Shown: piece by piece, positions 1 through 13,200 of the stretch
Layout: every line of letters begins with the position of its first letter
Position numbering within the stretch: the first letter of the stretch is position 1
Assembly (NCBI GenBank): GCA_013239625.1
Contig: MU056816.1
Span: 2,362,773 to 2,426,772, forward strand
Direction: 5' to 3'
Length of the DNA stretch: 64,000 nt
Source: Lama guanicoe
Taxonomy: Eukaryota
Made by a program: the position numbers and the translations under genes
Notes under the pieces: model-generated
Database searches by the model: none
Told to the model about the DNA's origin: nothing
What the model saw: only the letters and a program-made list of their open reading frames with translations

Positions 1-228
1 TGTCAGCCCTCCAGCCAGGGGCAGGAGCGGAGCCTGCTTATCCCTTTGAGACATTTCCTGAAATCCACAAATGGCTGTTGTTGGCGTGGCCAGTTACATG
101 GCCACACCTGGCTGCCAAGGAGGACTGTGCAATTGTGCAAGCAGTTTGTTTCTGCCTAAAAAGCAGGGTTCTATTGATAAGAGAGGCAGGGGATGGCTGT
201 CTTGTGGTGACTATGGGACACCCTGACA
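1..228 (-). mobile_element. MaLR solo-LTR fragment (MLT1J/I-like), running off the window start
   Basis: gttacatggccacacctggctgccaaggagg...aaaaagcagggttctattgataag...ggggatggctg resembles the recalled MLT1J/I consensus in reverse orientation. Confidence 0.7.
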
Positions 229-861
229 GTCAGGATGATCCATGTTGGTGAGGGGGGAAGGACTCCTGACCACAGCTGCTGCCAGCTGCCACGCGCCACG
301 GCCCTGAAGGCCCCTGGAGGCATGGGGGGTGGGGTGGGGGTGATGGGCAGAAGGGTCTTGGAATCCGGGAACCTGGGGAGCCTGGGCAGACTGAGGTCTC
401 CTTACCTGGCCAACAAGACTCTCCCTGCTCCTGGGGTTGGGACTCAGCATTCTCACTTGGTCCTCCTCGGAGTTTGACAGCCAGCTTCAACAGCATAGGT
501 GTGTGCAGCTAAGGATGCAGCCAGGAGCTAGCAGCCCTGCTCCCAGGGCGCTCCTGTGGGTGGGAGGGGAGGAGATCCAGAAGGAGACAGGGAGGCAGCC
601 ATGGGGCTTAAATGGAGGAAAGGAGAGTGGAAGGGAGGCCTGAGGCAAGGGTAAGGGCAAGGGCAATTGCAAGGGCATTTCAGACCCATGGAACTTAGAC
701 TAACAAAAAGCAGAGACCACAAAGGGGCAGGGGGCATCTGGAGAGAGGCTGGCAGTTTGGTGGGATCAGAAGCATGGGCTGGGTGGGGAATGGCAGGGGT
801 AGAGGTCAGGGCCATCTGTGCTCCATGAACCCTAAATCCTACTGTGATTGCTCGGTTTTCC

Positions 862-1036
862 CTGAGCACTTGTTATATGTCAGACATTATGCTTAGAATT
901 GGAAATGTTTAGTCATGTTTTTCCCTCATACAGCTCCCATGAGAGACATGCTGTCCTCATTTTACAGGGGAGGGTAGTGAGGCTCAGAGGGGTCAGGAAT
1001 TTGCCCAAGGCCCAGAGCTGCCAAGCAGTGGGGCTG
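862..1036 (-). mobile_element. MIR SINE
   Basis: cattttacaggggagggtagtgaggctcagaggggtcaggaatttgcccaagg is the reverse MIR core. Confidence 0.8.
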
Positions 1037-2614
1037 CCACTCACTCACTGCTGGGTCACCTGGTGATGTGCCAGGCTCAGGGGCAGATAAAGCTTGCTAT
1101 AAAACCCAGGTGGGAAGTACCGTGGAGGGGACCCAGAGGGCTATCACATAGCCCTGAGAGGTGCATCCCAGCCCTGCAGAGCCACCCCGACCCGCCCATT
1201 CAGGCTCAGCCTCTCCCAGCTGCGCCCTCCCCTCTTCCAGTGTAACCTCTCCTGCACACAGGCTCCCTCCAGCTCCCACTGCCTTTTGGCCTCTCCCACA
1301 TCCTGGGCAAATGAAACCTGCACCTCCTTGCACCTCCTCCACCTCTCGGCTCTACTCAGGGTTCAGAAGGCAGTCAGAAGTGGGAGGCTGCCAGGGCTAT
1401 GCCTCCATCCCTGGGCCCAGCGGGGTTAGGATGTGTCTCTGGGCAAAAAGCATGTTTAGTGGCTGTCCTGTGCTCACTCAGAGTGGCTGAGAACTGGAAG
1501 GGGAGTAGGTGGGGACTGGGCTGTGGCTGCCCACCCATGGGGCGGGGTGGGGGGCACACTAAGTAGGCACTAAGTAAATGCTAATGACTCTTCCCATCTT
1601 TCTCTTCCCCATCAAAAGTGCTTTGTGAAATTGTCTAGTTCCTCATAAAAATCTATGAATAACTATCTTCTTTTATGATAGCTTAAACAAACAAAAGTTT
1701 TCCCCCTCAAATTTCCATTTCAGGAACTAGTGGGGCTGAATATGTTTAGAGACACAGTTTTGAGGCCCAAAGAGAGGTTTGGGGGGCCAAGATGGAGCAG
1801 AACTGGGTGCCTGGGTGTTGGAACAGCGGACGTAAGCACTGTGGTGTGGGTAACCTCTTCTGGGGCCGGGCTCGGTGGCCATACCCCTCGCCAAATCCAC
1901 CCGGCTTCTCCCACTCGCTGATTCTGCTCCCCCAGAAAGTGACCCAAGTCCACTCCCCCCTCTTCCCTTGGTCGGGGCTCCTGACCTCACTGTGGTCCTC
2001 TGTACCTCAGGCTGCTGGGCCTGCTGTCTGGGCCATGTCCCCATGTCCATCAAGTCAATACTCCAGTACCTGTGCCCTCCAGGCCCCTCTCCCCAAACTG
2101 CTGGACACCACACTGCAACCAACCACACATCCCAACAGGTCAGGCAGGCTGCTAGTTAGCCTCTAGTTAGCACCTAGAGAGGGCCTATCTAGCCCCCTCT
2201 TGTCCTCGGCCCTCCCTGACCTCCCTTGCATGTCAGCCCCTTTCACCCTCTCCTTCCCAGTGTGGGCACCACCCTTGGTCCTCACAGGGCCTTAGATGCA
2301 GGGGCTAAGCTGAGGCCTGATGGCCGTCTTCCCAAGGACCCCATAGCAACGGAGAGAGCTAGGCCTGCCCCTGCTCTCCCCTCTGCCTGGACAGCTCCCA
2401 CACCCACCTCACCCCGTACCCACAGGGCTCCCTCCTCAAGGGCCAGGGAGGCTCAGCCCAGCCCCGTGGCGGCCACCCTGACCCCAGAGAAGAAGCGGCC
2501 TGCCTGGGCCCGCAGATCTGCTATACTATCCTTTGATTTTAGTTCTTTCGATACACCCACAGCTGTTGAACGTAACATTTCTTTGTTTTCTCCCCCACCC
2601 TCCCAGCTGGAACA

Positions 2615-2740
2615 TCAGCCTTAGGGAGGTGGGTGCTTGTCTGTCTTGTTCACAGATGTATTCCCAAGGCCTTGGGCATGTGATTGTGGCCCAAAAATAT
2701 TTGCTCAATGAATGAATGAATGAGCGAGTGAGTGAATGAT
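2615..2740 (+). mobile_element. L2 LINE 3' end
   Basis: gtctgtcttgttcacagatgtattccc...aaatatttgctcaatgaatgaatgaatga is the typical L2 terminus with (TGAA)n tail. Confidence 0.8.
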
Positions 2741-2909
2741 TCTTATCCTGTTTATACAGGTGAGAAAAGTAAAACAGCTGCTCCCCCTGCACCCCAGCCC
2801 CTCAAGTCTGTCTCCCAGGTCTCTCTCCATCTCCATTGTTGCCTGAGCTCAGGCGTCAGTCACCCCTGCTTTTCTAACCACAACAGGCTCCTAATTGGCC
2901 CTTTGCCCC

Positions 2910-2929
2910 TGGCGCCCCCTGCAGGTCCA
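2910..2929 (-). promoter_or_regulatory. Candidate CTCF binding site
   Basis: Minus strand reads TGGACCTGCAGGGGGCGCCA, a close match to the CTCF core CCASYAGRKGGCRS with its CpG retained. Confidence 0.6.
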
Positions 2930-4404
2930 GACCTTTCTCTAGCCCACACTGCCCACCTCTGCCCTGCGCGCCCCCGCCTGGCCCTCCAGTTGAATTCCTT
3001 CTTGTTTCTTAGTTGTGTCCTTTGCCGCCCTCCCCAATTCCTTCCCCTCGCTTGCTTCTGTCCATCTTTAGGTCTTAGCTCAGCCGTCTCCACCTCCTGG
3101 AAGCTCTCCCTGCCCTTCGCCCCTCCAGACTGGGAGTGGCACCTCTCCTATTTGTTTCCCAATACCCTGTGCTTCCCCCAAACTATATCTGATCACACTG
3201 CACCACCCACTCTGTGCTGGCCAAGGCCATATCCATCTTGCTTTCTGCCAGTCAACACTTCAGGGGCCAGCAGGAAGGCTGGTGAAGCCATTATGCCACC
3301 CTCAGTGTGAGGGCCTTTGGTGGGATGGAGGATGAGACAGGGAGGCAGCTGTGCTGGGACATAGCTGGCAGGGGTGCTGGCCTCCTCCCTGGCCATCCTC
3401 AGTGACACAGGGCTGGCATGTGAGGTGGTACCAGCTGATGAGCTGTAAGTAGAAGGTGCTAGGCCTAAAAGGGCCCAGTCTGCCCATCAGGACTTCTGTC
3501 CCTCCCCTCTGGGTTTGGTACCTAGAGGACCATCAGCCTCTTGTAACCACGAGGAAGGAGGTAACATGCTAACGGTGGCAGAAGGATGGACAACATCCCA
3601 GTGGCCTGTGCCCCAGCCCCAGCCCCAACCCCAGCCTGCCAGCCTCCACACTTCCTCTCCCAGTGGACATGGGTGCTATGCCTGGGCCACTGGCAAAGAT
3701 CTTTGGGGAGACTCATCTGCCCTCTTCATTGTCCTGGCTGCTCGCTGGGGACTGAAGGCATCGCCTTTCCCCACCGCTGTGCCATCCCCACTCCTGACCC
3801 ATTGGGAGACCCCTCCAGGCACACTCCTGGGCTAAGCACCCATCTCAGGATCTAAAAGGATGTTACAACCTTTTACAATTTTCTGTTTTAATCCTCAGTC
3901 TGAGCTGAGGTTCCCTTGGTCCTACCAGCCCCTTGGGGAGTGGATTAATAGGCTGCCTGATCTCTAACTCTGGTCTGTCTGGCTCCCCTGCCTACCTTGG
4001 TTGCGGCTTCCAGAAACCCCCTGCCCGCCAGGCTTGTCCCCTACCCCTGGGGAGTCAGTTAGGAGACCCTGAGGAGGTATTCCCTGACCCAGCCTCCAGG
4101 GATTATCTGGACCTCGAGGCTGGGGATGTGGGGAGAGGCAGCCGGGCCCATCTCGCTGGATTTGGGCCCAGATAGGCACGTTTGATTCACTCACTGTGGA
4201 CTTTGGGCACAGGGCCACAGGACTCCGCCCACAGCCATTTGGCGGAGCAGTCAGTATCAGCACTTTGCTCTCAGTACTAATGACCATATAAGTACCTTGA
4301 AAAGAAGGAGGGGATGCTGGCAGCCAGGGTGAGAGGTAGAGGGGTTAGCATCTCCTAGTAATAATGGCGGCTGATGGGGCAGGATTGCAACATTTAAGCA
4401 ACAC

Positions 4405-4437
4405 AACATTGGGCAGAGAAAATGAAATTTCTTTATT
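4405..4437 (-). terminator. Candidate polyadenylation site (AATAAA plus GU-rich downstream element)
   Basis: Minus-strand AATAAA at 4437-4432, then gaaatttcattttctctgccca and tgttgtgttgc. Confidence 0.3.
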
Positions 4438-7400
4438 TGGTCTATAGCTTCAAGAAAGACTGTGCAAATGCCCAATCTGACTTAAAATTCAGTCCCATTC
4501 AACAACGGAGGGTCTCCCAGGTGCAGGTGTGGCCTTCTCCAGTCCCCTGGGTGGAGTTCTTGGCCTCCCTGGGTGCAGGACTGTGGCTCCTTCCGTGGCC
4601 TGAGCAACACCCCTCCTGGCACTCGGAGCCAGCTGTAGCCTCCATGTGGTCCAGCCCCATATCCACACTGGAGTCACCTCCAAACGAGGCACCTCTGTAG
4701 CCACACAGCTTCTGGGTCCTGCCTATAGCACGTGGGGATGAGGGCAGATCAAGAAAACAGACTCAGTGACCCCTCGGCCTGCAGGAAAATTGGACCAGGG
4801 GCAGATCTGTGCCTAGGTGGCCATGGGGCGGGTCACCTTTTGTTTTGGACTAACTCAGCTAATGATGCTCTCTGTGCTCTGGGTGAGTCCTGGAGAGGGG
4901 TTTCCCTTTCTTTTTTCTCCATCCCCGAGTCAGCTGTGCCCCTTCCTTTTCTGCCTGGACCTCACTCCATGGTCCAGTTCACCGAGCCTGGCCCTCCTCG
5001 TACTCCTGAGGATGATAAAGGAAGTCAGACACTCTTCTTTCAGAACCAAACTGAGTTTGTTAACTCCTGGAATTACAGCCAATACAATGCTCGGAACCAG
5101 AAACTGGGGATTCTACTGCCTCTTTCGTTCTTTCTAGAACAAATTGGAATACTCCCACATTCCAATCTTAGCTACAATGTTGGGCCTCCCCTCTACCTGG
5201 GTGTCATTCCTGGATTTGTTCCTTTGTTCCTAGGTGATTTTGGGGGGCATGAAATCTGGCTAGTCCTCCATGGCAGGCTGATGTCGTCCTAATCCATTAA
5301 GACCCCAAAGCCCCATTCTACTTGCAGACCAGCCTCATCCCTGTTCTTGTGTATATTCTCTTCCCAGGAAGTTGATGCTAGGGGAATGTAAGTTCCTTGT
5401 GGAGGTCAAAGAGTCTCTGGCCATCCAGGCCAAGTTCAAGGCCAGGTCATGATCCAGGGGGGCCTGGCCCCCTGGACAGTCCTGACTCAGGGCCCTGCCC
5501 CTAGCTCCTCCAACCTTCCAAGCTCTTCACCCAGGGACAGTGCTTTGGTTTCCTTCCTGACTCCAACCCAGACTCTTAGGAAGCAATTCTTGCACTCTCT
5601 CTGCCAGGGAGGGGCCCAGGGGCCCATTGTTAGCATCCCCAGTGCTGCAGACAGATTTCTGCTTTGGTGGTTCTTTGGGGGCTAACCCTTAGTCCTCCAT
5701 CCCCTTTACCTTTTCACTTACTCTAACTTCCTAAGCCTACATGTCCCCAGAAACCAGGACAGCAGTGATGTTAAACCTCAGAAACCCCAACACCTTATCC
5801 TTACAAAAATGGCATTTCCCCAGACCTTTGCAGCCAGATAGATACCGTAACTTGGATTCCATTACCCTCACTTATGAACCAGATTGTCAAGCAGGATCAG
5901 TCCCAAAGGGGAGGTCCCTCGTTTGAAGGCCTTGAGGGTGGATGTTCCTGCCTGGAAAACCTCCTCCCCTAGACCATCCACAGAGGGTTGTATGAGACCC
6001 TTTACCAGGTCTTCTCTGGTGGATAGGGGCCGGGGGGCTGCCAGAGAGGCCCGGGGACAGATATGTGGACCTGTCATGGCTCCATCTATCTCAGGCTGTC
6101 TGCCTCCGTTCCCACCATCTGGGACAGTGGTCCCACTTGCAGTGAGGCTTCATATGCTGCTCCAACTGGCTAATTCTGCACCCCTACCAGTCCTCCTGAC
6201 TTCCTGCAGCCTGTGAATCCACAAACAATATCCAGAACAAACTGGACCTCAGTTGACCTTCAGGAGACTCCAGAAAATCCTAAGAGGTAGGAAAGCGAAA
6301 TCAGAGCCTGGGGGCCACAAAGAACCCAGGAGAAGAAAAGACCTTCCCAGTCACTGATGTTTCTGCTTGGTCAGGGACAAATGCTCTGTGATCATTTCTG
6401 AGACGTCTCTAACAACCTTATATTATCTTAATTATCTTATAAGGATGGGACAAGTCCATCCTTTATGCATGGGAGGACTTGTCACCTCCCATGCTAAACT
6501 GGGACCCGGTGACGAAGAAGCAGGGAGCTGGAGCATCCCTTGGTGGCCATGCTGAGAGCAGGGAGGGGAGCCCCAGAAGGTAGGGTAGGTGGGTGCAGCT
6601 GTGAAGAGAAGAGGATGCTGCACCCAGACCCTGAGGCCTGAGCAAGAAAGGAACCCACAGAGATTCGACCTAGGACCAGGAAGCAAGGTGGGGCTTAACT
6701 GGCAAGAGCCCCATTACAAACAGAGACAGGGACAAGGAGGGGGAAGTGAGTCAGATGGGGAGTTGAAGGTGACATGGGGAAGGGGGGCAGGTTTGGAGGA
6801 TGGTAGGTCCATGCAGAGGAGATGCCTTGTGGGGCACCTTGCTTTGTGGGACAGCAATGTGGGAGGCCCCAGAAGCTCATCAGATGGATGCCTGTTGGGC
6901 AAGGGTGGAGCACCCAAAGCCATGCCTCACTCTGCATCTCCTGAGCCCAGACACCAAGCCCCAGAAGTTCCCCAAGGCTCAGGCTCAGGCGCTCTTTGGT
7001 GACACTCTGGGATGCTCAGAACCTTCCATTAGGGGTAAGGGGCCTGCCAAAGGCAGAGAACACAGATGAGGAGAAGGGCTATCTGCCACCCCGTCCCTTG
7101 CTCTCCATATAGTTTTGTCCAGCAGACACATTTATAGGAGCGGGGCTTCAGCCCCAAATAGCCCCACCCAGACCCGTATTAGCTTCAAGTTCTGCTTTCC
7201 AAACTTGGATATTTTCTCTCTTAGAAATAAAAGATTGGAGCTCTCCGGCAAGTACAGAAAGAGGGAAAGAAGCCCTTAGAAGAGAGAAAAAGACATCATC
7301 AACCTATTCTAGAACTGCCCTCAGTGAAGATCTTGAGTTCTTCTCGGAGCTTCCCTGCCCCATCCCTGCCTCCACTGGCCCTGCCTGAACTTCGAGGGAC

Positions 7401-8084
7401 CCTCAGCGTCAGCCAGTTACCTTCTCTTCCTTAGGCTTCTCATTGGATTGGCCAGGTGGGGGCCCAGATGTAGTGGTGACAGTGTGGTCAGCTGGAAAAG
7501 AGAACAAGGCTGGAACTGCCATGCTAAAACTAGAAATAGGTCCTAGTCAAAGGCTCCGTCCAGGACACCCCACACCTGGGCAGGGGAAGTGCAAAAGCCC
7601 TGTCCTTCCTGTACCTAGTGCAAGGCCCTCCCCACGGCTCATTGCTGGACCAGACACTGTTCCCCAAGGACTGTGACACCCCAAAGGCTCACTGTGCCCA
7701 GCATCACACCTCCACTCTGTCAGACAGCCTGGGAACATGCTCCTCCCTCCCCAACCCCCAGAGACCCCTCTGGACTATTGCGCCCTCAAGAGAAGGCCTG
7801 TCCCGGGCAGGGGAACAGAACCACACATTTTTGGCCCTCCCTTTCCCTGCCTCCAGGGGTTCAGGCTCAAATGAATCTAGAAATGCATTCTAGTCCACAA
7901 ATCTTTCAGCATCCCATCTGTCAGCAAACGCTGGCTGGCCCTAGTCCAGAACTCATTCCTTCCCAGTGCCTGGCAGGCCCTCTTCCCAGTTGGGAGCTCC
8001 TCTGTATTGGGTCCTGGGATGAGAGTCAAGGAGGTTTGATTGGACCCCCGTCCCACTCCAGACTTGGTGTCTGTCCCTTTGTTG

Positions 8085-8392
8085 TCATCCACCCGTTCAT
8101 CCATTCAACAAATACTCATGGAGCCCCTCTGGGTCAGGCACCATTCTAGAAGCTGAAGGTACAGCTTCAGCCAAGAATGACCAAACCCTGCCTGCATGGA
8201 TTTTAGCTTCCAGGGAGGAGAGACAGACAACCAACAAGGAAACAGATGGACAAGATAAATCCAGATAATAGTAAGTGCTATGAAGAAAATAGAACCAGAC
8301 AAGCTAGCCTTGGTGGGGGGAGGGAGGCCAGTGGAGCTGCGGGGCATCAGAAGAGACTTTTCTGAGGGGGAAAGCTAAGCTGAGCTGATGAG
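8085..8392 (-). mobile_element. L2 LINE 3' fragment
   Basis: ttcatccattcaacaaatactcatggagccc...ggcaccattctag...gtaagtgctatgaagaaaata is the reverse L2 end. Confidence 0.85.
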
Positions 8393-10249
8393 ATGAGGAC
8401 GCATGTCGTTCAGTTCAATTCGGCCTATATTCATTGGTCACCCTGTGCCCCATGGCTGTGCCGTTTCCAGTCACCCTGGAGCCTGGCTGTGGACCCCAGT
8501 TCTGGGCCCTGGGAGGGACTTCATTCCTTCCCCTCCCTGTACCTCAAACCCTATCATTCCCCACCACAGCCCTCCTCTGAGCTGACCTGGCTAGGTAGGA
8601 CAGGACTGACTAATGGCCCCCCTGGTCCTATAATGCCAAGCAGGCCAGCTTGCCCACTTAGACAGTGGTTTGACTTAGAAAACGCTGAAGTCTGTCCTCT
8701 CAGCCCAGTTGCTGAGTCTACTTCCTTCCCAAGCAGGCTATCCCCTCTTGGTCCCCTCGTCCCCACCACGTCATTCCCACTGCACCCCCTGGGTCATCTG
8801 AACTTTCCATCCGAATGGTCCTCAGCACCATGTCTAGCTATTTCATTGCCCTTGGAGAACTCCCGTTTTCCACTGAGATGCCAGTTGTTGGAGCACATGT
8901 CATTTTTGCCTCTATGTAACCAGTGCCCAGACTTATTCAGCATCCTTTAATACTGAGACCTCAGCACCAGTATTACACAGGCAGCTAGTTCACAGGCCAG
9001 CTTCCCCCCCAAACTCTTTGCTTCTCCCCTAGGTTGAGGGATGAAGGGCTTTAAAAGAAAAGCAGGGTCAGACCCATTCTCAAAGAGTTAATTATCTTGC
9101 TAGATAGAGAAAAGAATGCCTAAGAAACTCTTAGAGGTTAAAACAGAGCTAGGCCACCAATGGACTATAACACACCACTCAATAAAATATGGGATGCAGA
9201 CACAAAAGCTCTATGTAGTCAGAGGACCGGCAAGACGGTGGTGAGCTGGAGTGGACCAGGAAAGCTTCCTGGAGAAGGCCCCAGGGAGGCCTTGGACAGA
9301 GGGCAGACTGATAGGGAGAAGTGAGGGGTGGGCTGGGAAGCTGTAGATAACCTAGATACTCAAAGAACCAACCAAACCGAAAAAACCAAAAAAGTCACTG
9401 CACTCTAGAGACAGTACAGAATGAGTCCGTGGGGCCAGGACAAAGGAGGACCCCATGAAGTCCTGTTTCCTTGTTACTTTTCTGAAGGCTTGTGGAGGCT
9501 AGGCTGCAGAGGCCTGAGCCACTCTCCTCTCTTTGGCCCAGTCAAGAGGACACACCTGCTGAGGGCTGGCTGGTTCTAGAGTCAGTTTGCTGGGGACAAG
9601 GAAACAACTGGGGAAAGTTCCCTGGCAGGGAGGGGCTTTGGTCATTTGGATTTGGGGGCAGAGGCAGGCAGTGCATGGCCACCTCTGTGCCCAAGGAAGA
9701 GGCCAGCTGTGGACTCTGTCATTGGCTCAGGAAGCGAGGAATGGAGGTTAGGAGCTGGAGCCAGAGACAAGCCCTCCAAAGTAGGCGTGAGGCAGCCACC
9801 CCTCCCCCAACCCTGCCCCCGCAGCTCAAGCCTGGCTGATGAAGAGAGGTTTCTAATCAGATCACCAATCATTGGCTCAGACGTAGTCCACCATTTCCCA
9901 GACTCTCTTCTCTGCTCCTAAGGCTCAGAACACGCATCCTCCTGGCCACCCCAGGTCGACAGAGCATCCTACCCCAGCATGAATCATCATACTTCTTCCT
10001 CTGTCTCTGTACGTTAGGGTCTTCTACAGCTGACTCTCTCTGACTCATCCTCCATCCCCCAGCCCCCTTAATTAACCTGCCCCTGAATTCTAGAACCTCC
10101 CACCTCCAGATAATCCATACACAGCAAGCGCTTGCTGCTGTCCTCTCTGCCCTGCTTATTCCAGGCCGAGTTCAGCATCTCATTCTACCCCCGCCCCTCC
10201 ACTCTGCCTGCTAGATTTGGTTTCAGTGCTAGCATTCCCATCTACAATT

Positions 10250-13200
10250 GTCTGGCTCATCTCAAGTCTTCAGAGTTCTGTTGGAGGACACGGGACATGG
10301 CAGGGCCTCTGAGACTGAATGCATGGGTTGGATGAATGGTTCTAAGCTGCTGGAAGTGAGGCTCAAATGGGATCAGGGTAGTTTTTCAACTAAAATTGGA
10401 GAAAATGCCAATTGGCATCAACCTGTATGAGATTCAAATTGGTACCTACCCCATGACAGGCAGTGATCAGGAGGGAATGTAAAGGGATTTGAAGAAAATC
10501 AGGGTAACAGTGAAATTTACCCACAAAATCTGACAACTGGCAGGCCCGGAAAGTAGGAGAAAAACAAAACTATGTAACTGTGTCTACATACATGTCACAA
10601 GTGGAGAAATAAAATGGATGACTTGGAGTGTTTGGTGCAGTCTCTGCAGCAGTGGGTGGAAGAGATGAAGTGGAAGGCAATTGACCAATGACCACGGCTC
10701 TGAGGGACTGGAAATTCTACAGGAAGGGAGAAGCTAGGAGGGCCATACCCCACCGGCTGGTTCAACCAACAGCTCCATACATGGAGAAGCAGACAGCTGT
10801 TACAGAGCCATAATAGATTGGTTTTCAATAACGAAATCTCATTTTACTAATTGCCCTGAGGTGTCTCCCAAAGCTTTCTGGAACTTTCTCTTTTCCCATT
10901 GCACCATTTTCTGGACGATGAGTTCCCCTCAGTCAGTTGCTACTTCATGACTCAAGATAAAACTCCACCCTCCTGGCTCCAACTGCTGATTCCTCTTCAG
11001 AACGAGACACGGAGGTATAATTCTTGGTTAAGATAAATGACTGCCTTTTTCGATACAGAGTTTTCTCAACCACAGAGAGAGGGAAGAGGCTGGTTTGTGA
11101 TCCAAAGAAACAGACCTCAGGATGTCATGGAGGCTCTTAATACCCACGTGATAACACTTAGTGCTCTGGTGGCAGAGACCTCCCAGACAGGCCTCTCAGG
11201 TGCTCCATTTCAGTCAAAGAAACTATGATGAAATGTGGCCAACAGTAAGGGGGAAAAATCAAAAGGAACAGTTTAAAGAGGAAAAACACCACAGGAAGCC
11301 TTGGAGAATATTTGAAAACGGGGAAAAAAACAACAAAAAAATGAGTCTTGCAGAACAAAAGTCTAGGCCCATGACCAGAGGCCACAGGCAGCTGAACGCA
11401 AGGCCGCCGTGGGCAGAAAGTCTCCCAGGAGAGAGGGTCTGGGAGCCGGGAGCCCCTTTCAGGGGCCTTCAGAAACATCAAAAGTAGGAACTAAAGAATA
11501 AATGGGGCTGCAGAAGGAGTCCGTCAATGGTAGAATGATGGCAGGATGCACAGAACCCCAGACATCTTGCAAACTAATGACATGTCTCCCCTGTCTGCCG
11601 ACTACGCACAGAGGTGAGGGCAAAGGACGGCTGGCCACACTGTCCAAACCAGCTCACTCTCGTGGCTACCCAGGCAGCCCCCAGGGAGCCACAGGAAGCA
11701 TGGCCAGGAGAGAGGCTTCTATCCTTGCCAGAACCTGGGCAAAGCCCTGGCACAGATTAATGTCCACACAAGTGCTATGAAAAATAAAAGGTTCTATGCC
11801 CATCACAAGTACTGTCACTATTGTTAGTGTAATAATGTGGGTAAAAACCCTCACATTGCCCTTTTGTTCTGGGCCAGACATTGTAAGATCTAAAGAAGAT
11901 TTGCCCAGAGACTTTGAGCAGGGATGTTGAGAATTTCTTGGGCATCTTTGGGCAAATTAGAAAAAGGCATCCCGCTGGGTGGATCCAGGGCAGCTGGGTC
12001 AATTAGGGCAGCAGTATCTGTAGGGCAAGACTTAAATAGGCTTTGCCACAGGAGACACTGGATACAAGGCCTGGAGGATTCCCAAGGGGAAATGGCCTTG
12101 AGTATGTATGATGTGATTGATCATCTTCAACATCTTTTACCTTCACTGGCGAGGGCAGGGGGAGAAGACAGAGGTGGCAAGTTCTTCACCGGGAGCAGTG
12201 CCTGGGCAGGAAGAACCACTGCCGTGTTGATGGCTGCGGTTTCCAGCAGGCTGGAAGGAGGTCCAACACCTCTGGGAGGTGACCTCAGAAGTGACTGGCC
12301 TTGGAGCCCAATGGAACTGCTTCATATTATTCTCTCTCTCTGTTTTTTAAAGGAAACTTTTTGTCGAAGTAGATCAAGCATGCCGAAAAATGTCCATGTC
12401 ATAAATGGATAGGCCATGGCATCTCATCCACTGAAAGGACCCGTGAACTAGTCTGAGATCAGCAAATCTCAAGAATAGAGGAAGCCCCCCATCCCCACCC
12501 CAGGAGCTCCTGGTATTCCTTCCTAGTGATCTCTCTCCCCAAGAGTAATCACTACCCTAAAATCTAACCCCACCAGTTACTTTTGCCTGTTTCTTGAACT
12601 TTACATAAATGATTGCAAGGGTCTCTAGTCTTTTATGTCTGACCTCTTTTGCTCAACCATTATATGTTCTTACAATGTATCCACACTGTTGCATGGAATA
12701 TACCATGATTTATTTATCCATTATACCACTGATGGGCACTTAGGCCATTTTTTCCTTTTAAATGACTTTTTTTTTTATTACAAAGATAAACAAATAGTCA
12801 TCATAAAAAACGTCCCCATTTTCAATCTCATGGAGAGCTCCAGGTTCTGGAGTCCCCTGGGTAGTCTCAGCATTCAGGCTTCACTCCCTTCCTTCACTGC
12901 TTAGACCCCCTCTCATAAGCATTTACCCCTCTGGGCTCTTGTCCTCGCATCTCAGCCTCCTTTCAATCCCCTAGCCCAGGACCAGTCCCTAGCTTGGTCT
13001 TTCAGCCTCAGAAGCGCAGGCATCTAAGTATCCCAGGATGCTACTGTCCAGTAAAGTGTGTGCCCTCACACCTGCCCTTTCCCTTGGCTGTGAAGTCTCT
13101 GGACTTCTTGCAACCACCATGTGCCACTGCACCTGTCTCTCTCCCCAGGCCTCCAGGAGCTGGGAGTGGAGCCCTCCACCAGGGCCCAAGACCCCCTGCC

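Noticed and set aside
4732-5292. 186-aa + strand ORF with a hydrophobic C-terminus
   Set aside because: Starts at GTG, no recognisable family, and the better splice signals here are on the opposite strand.
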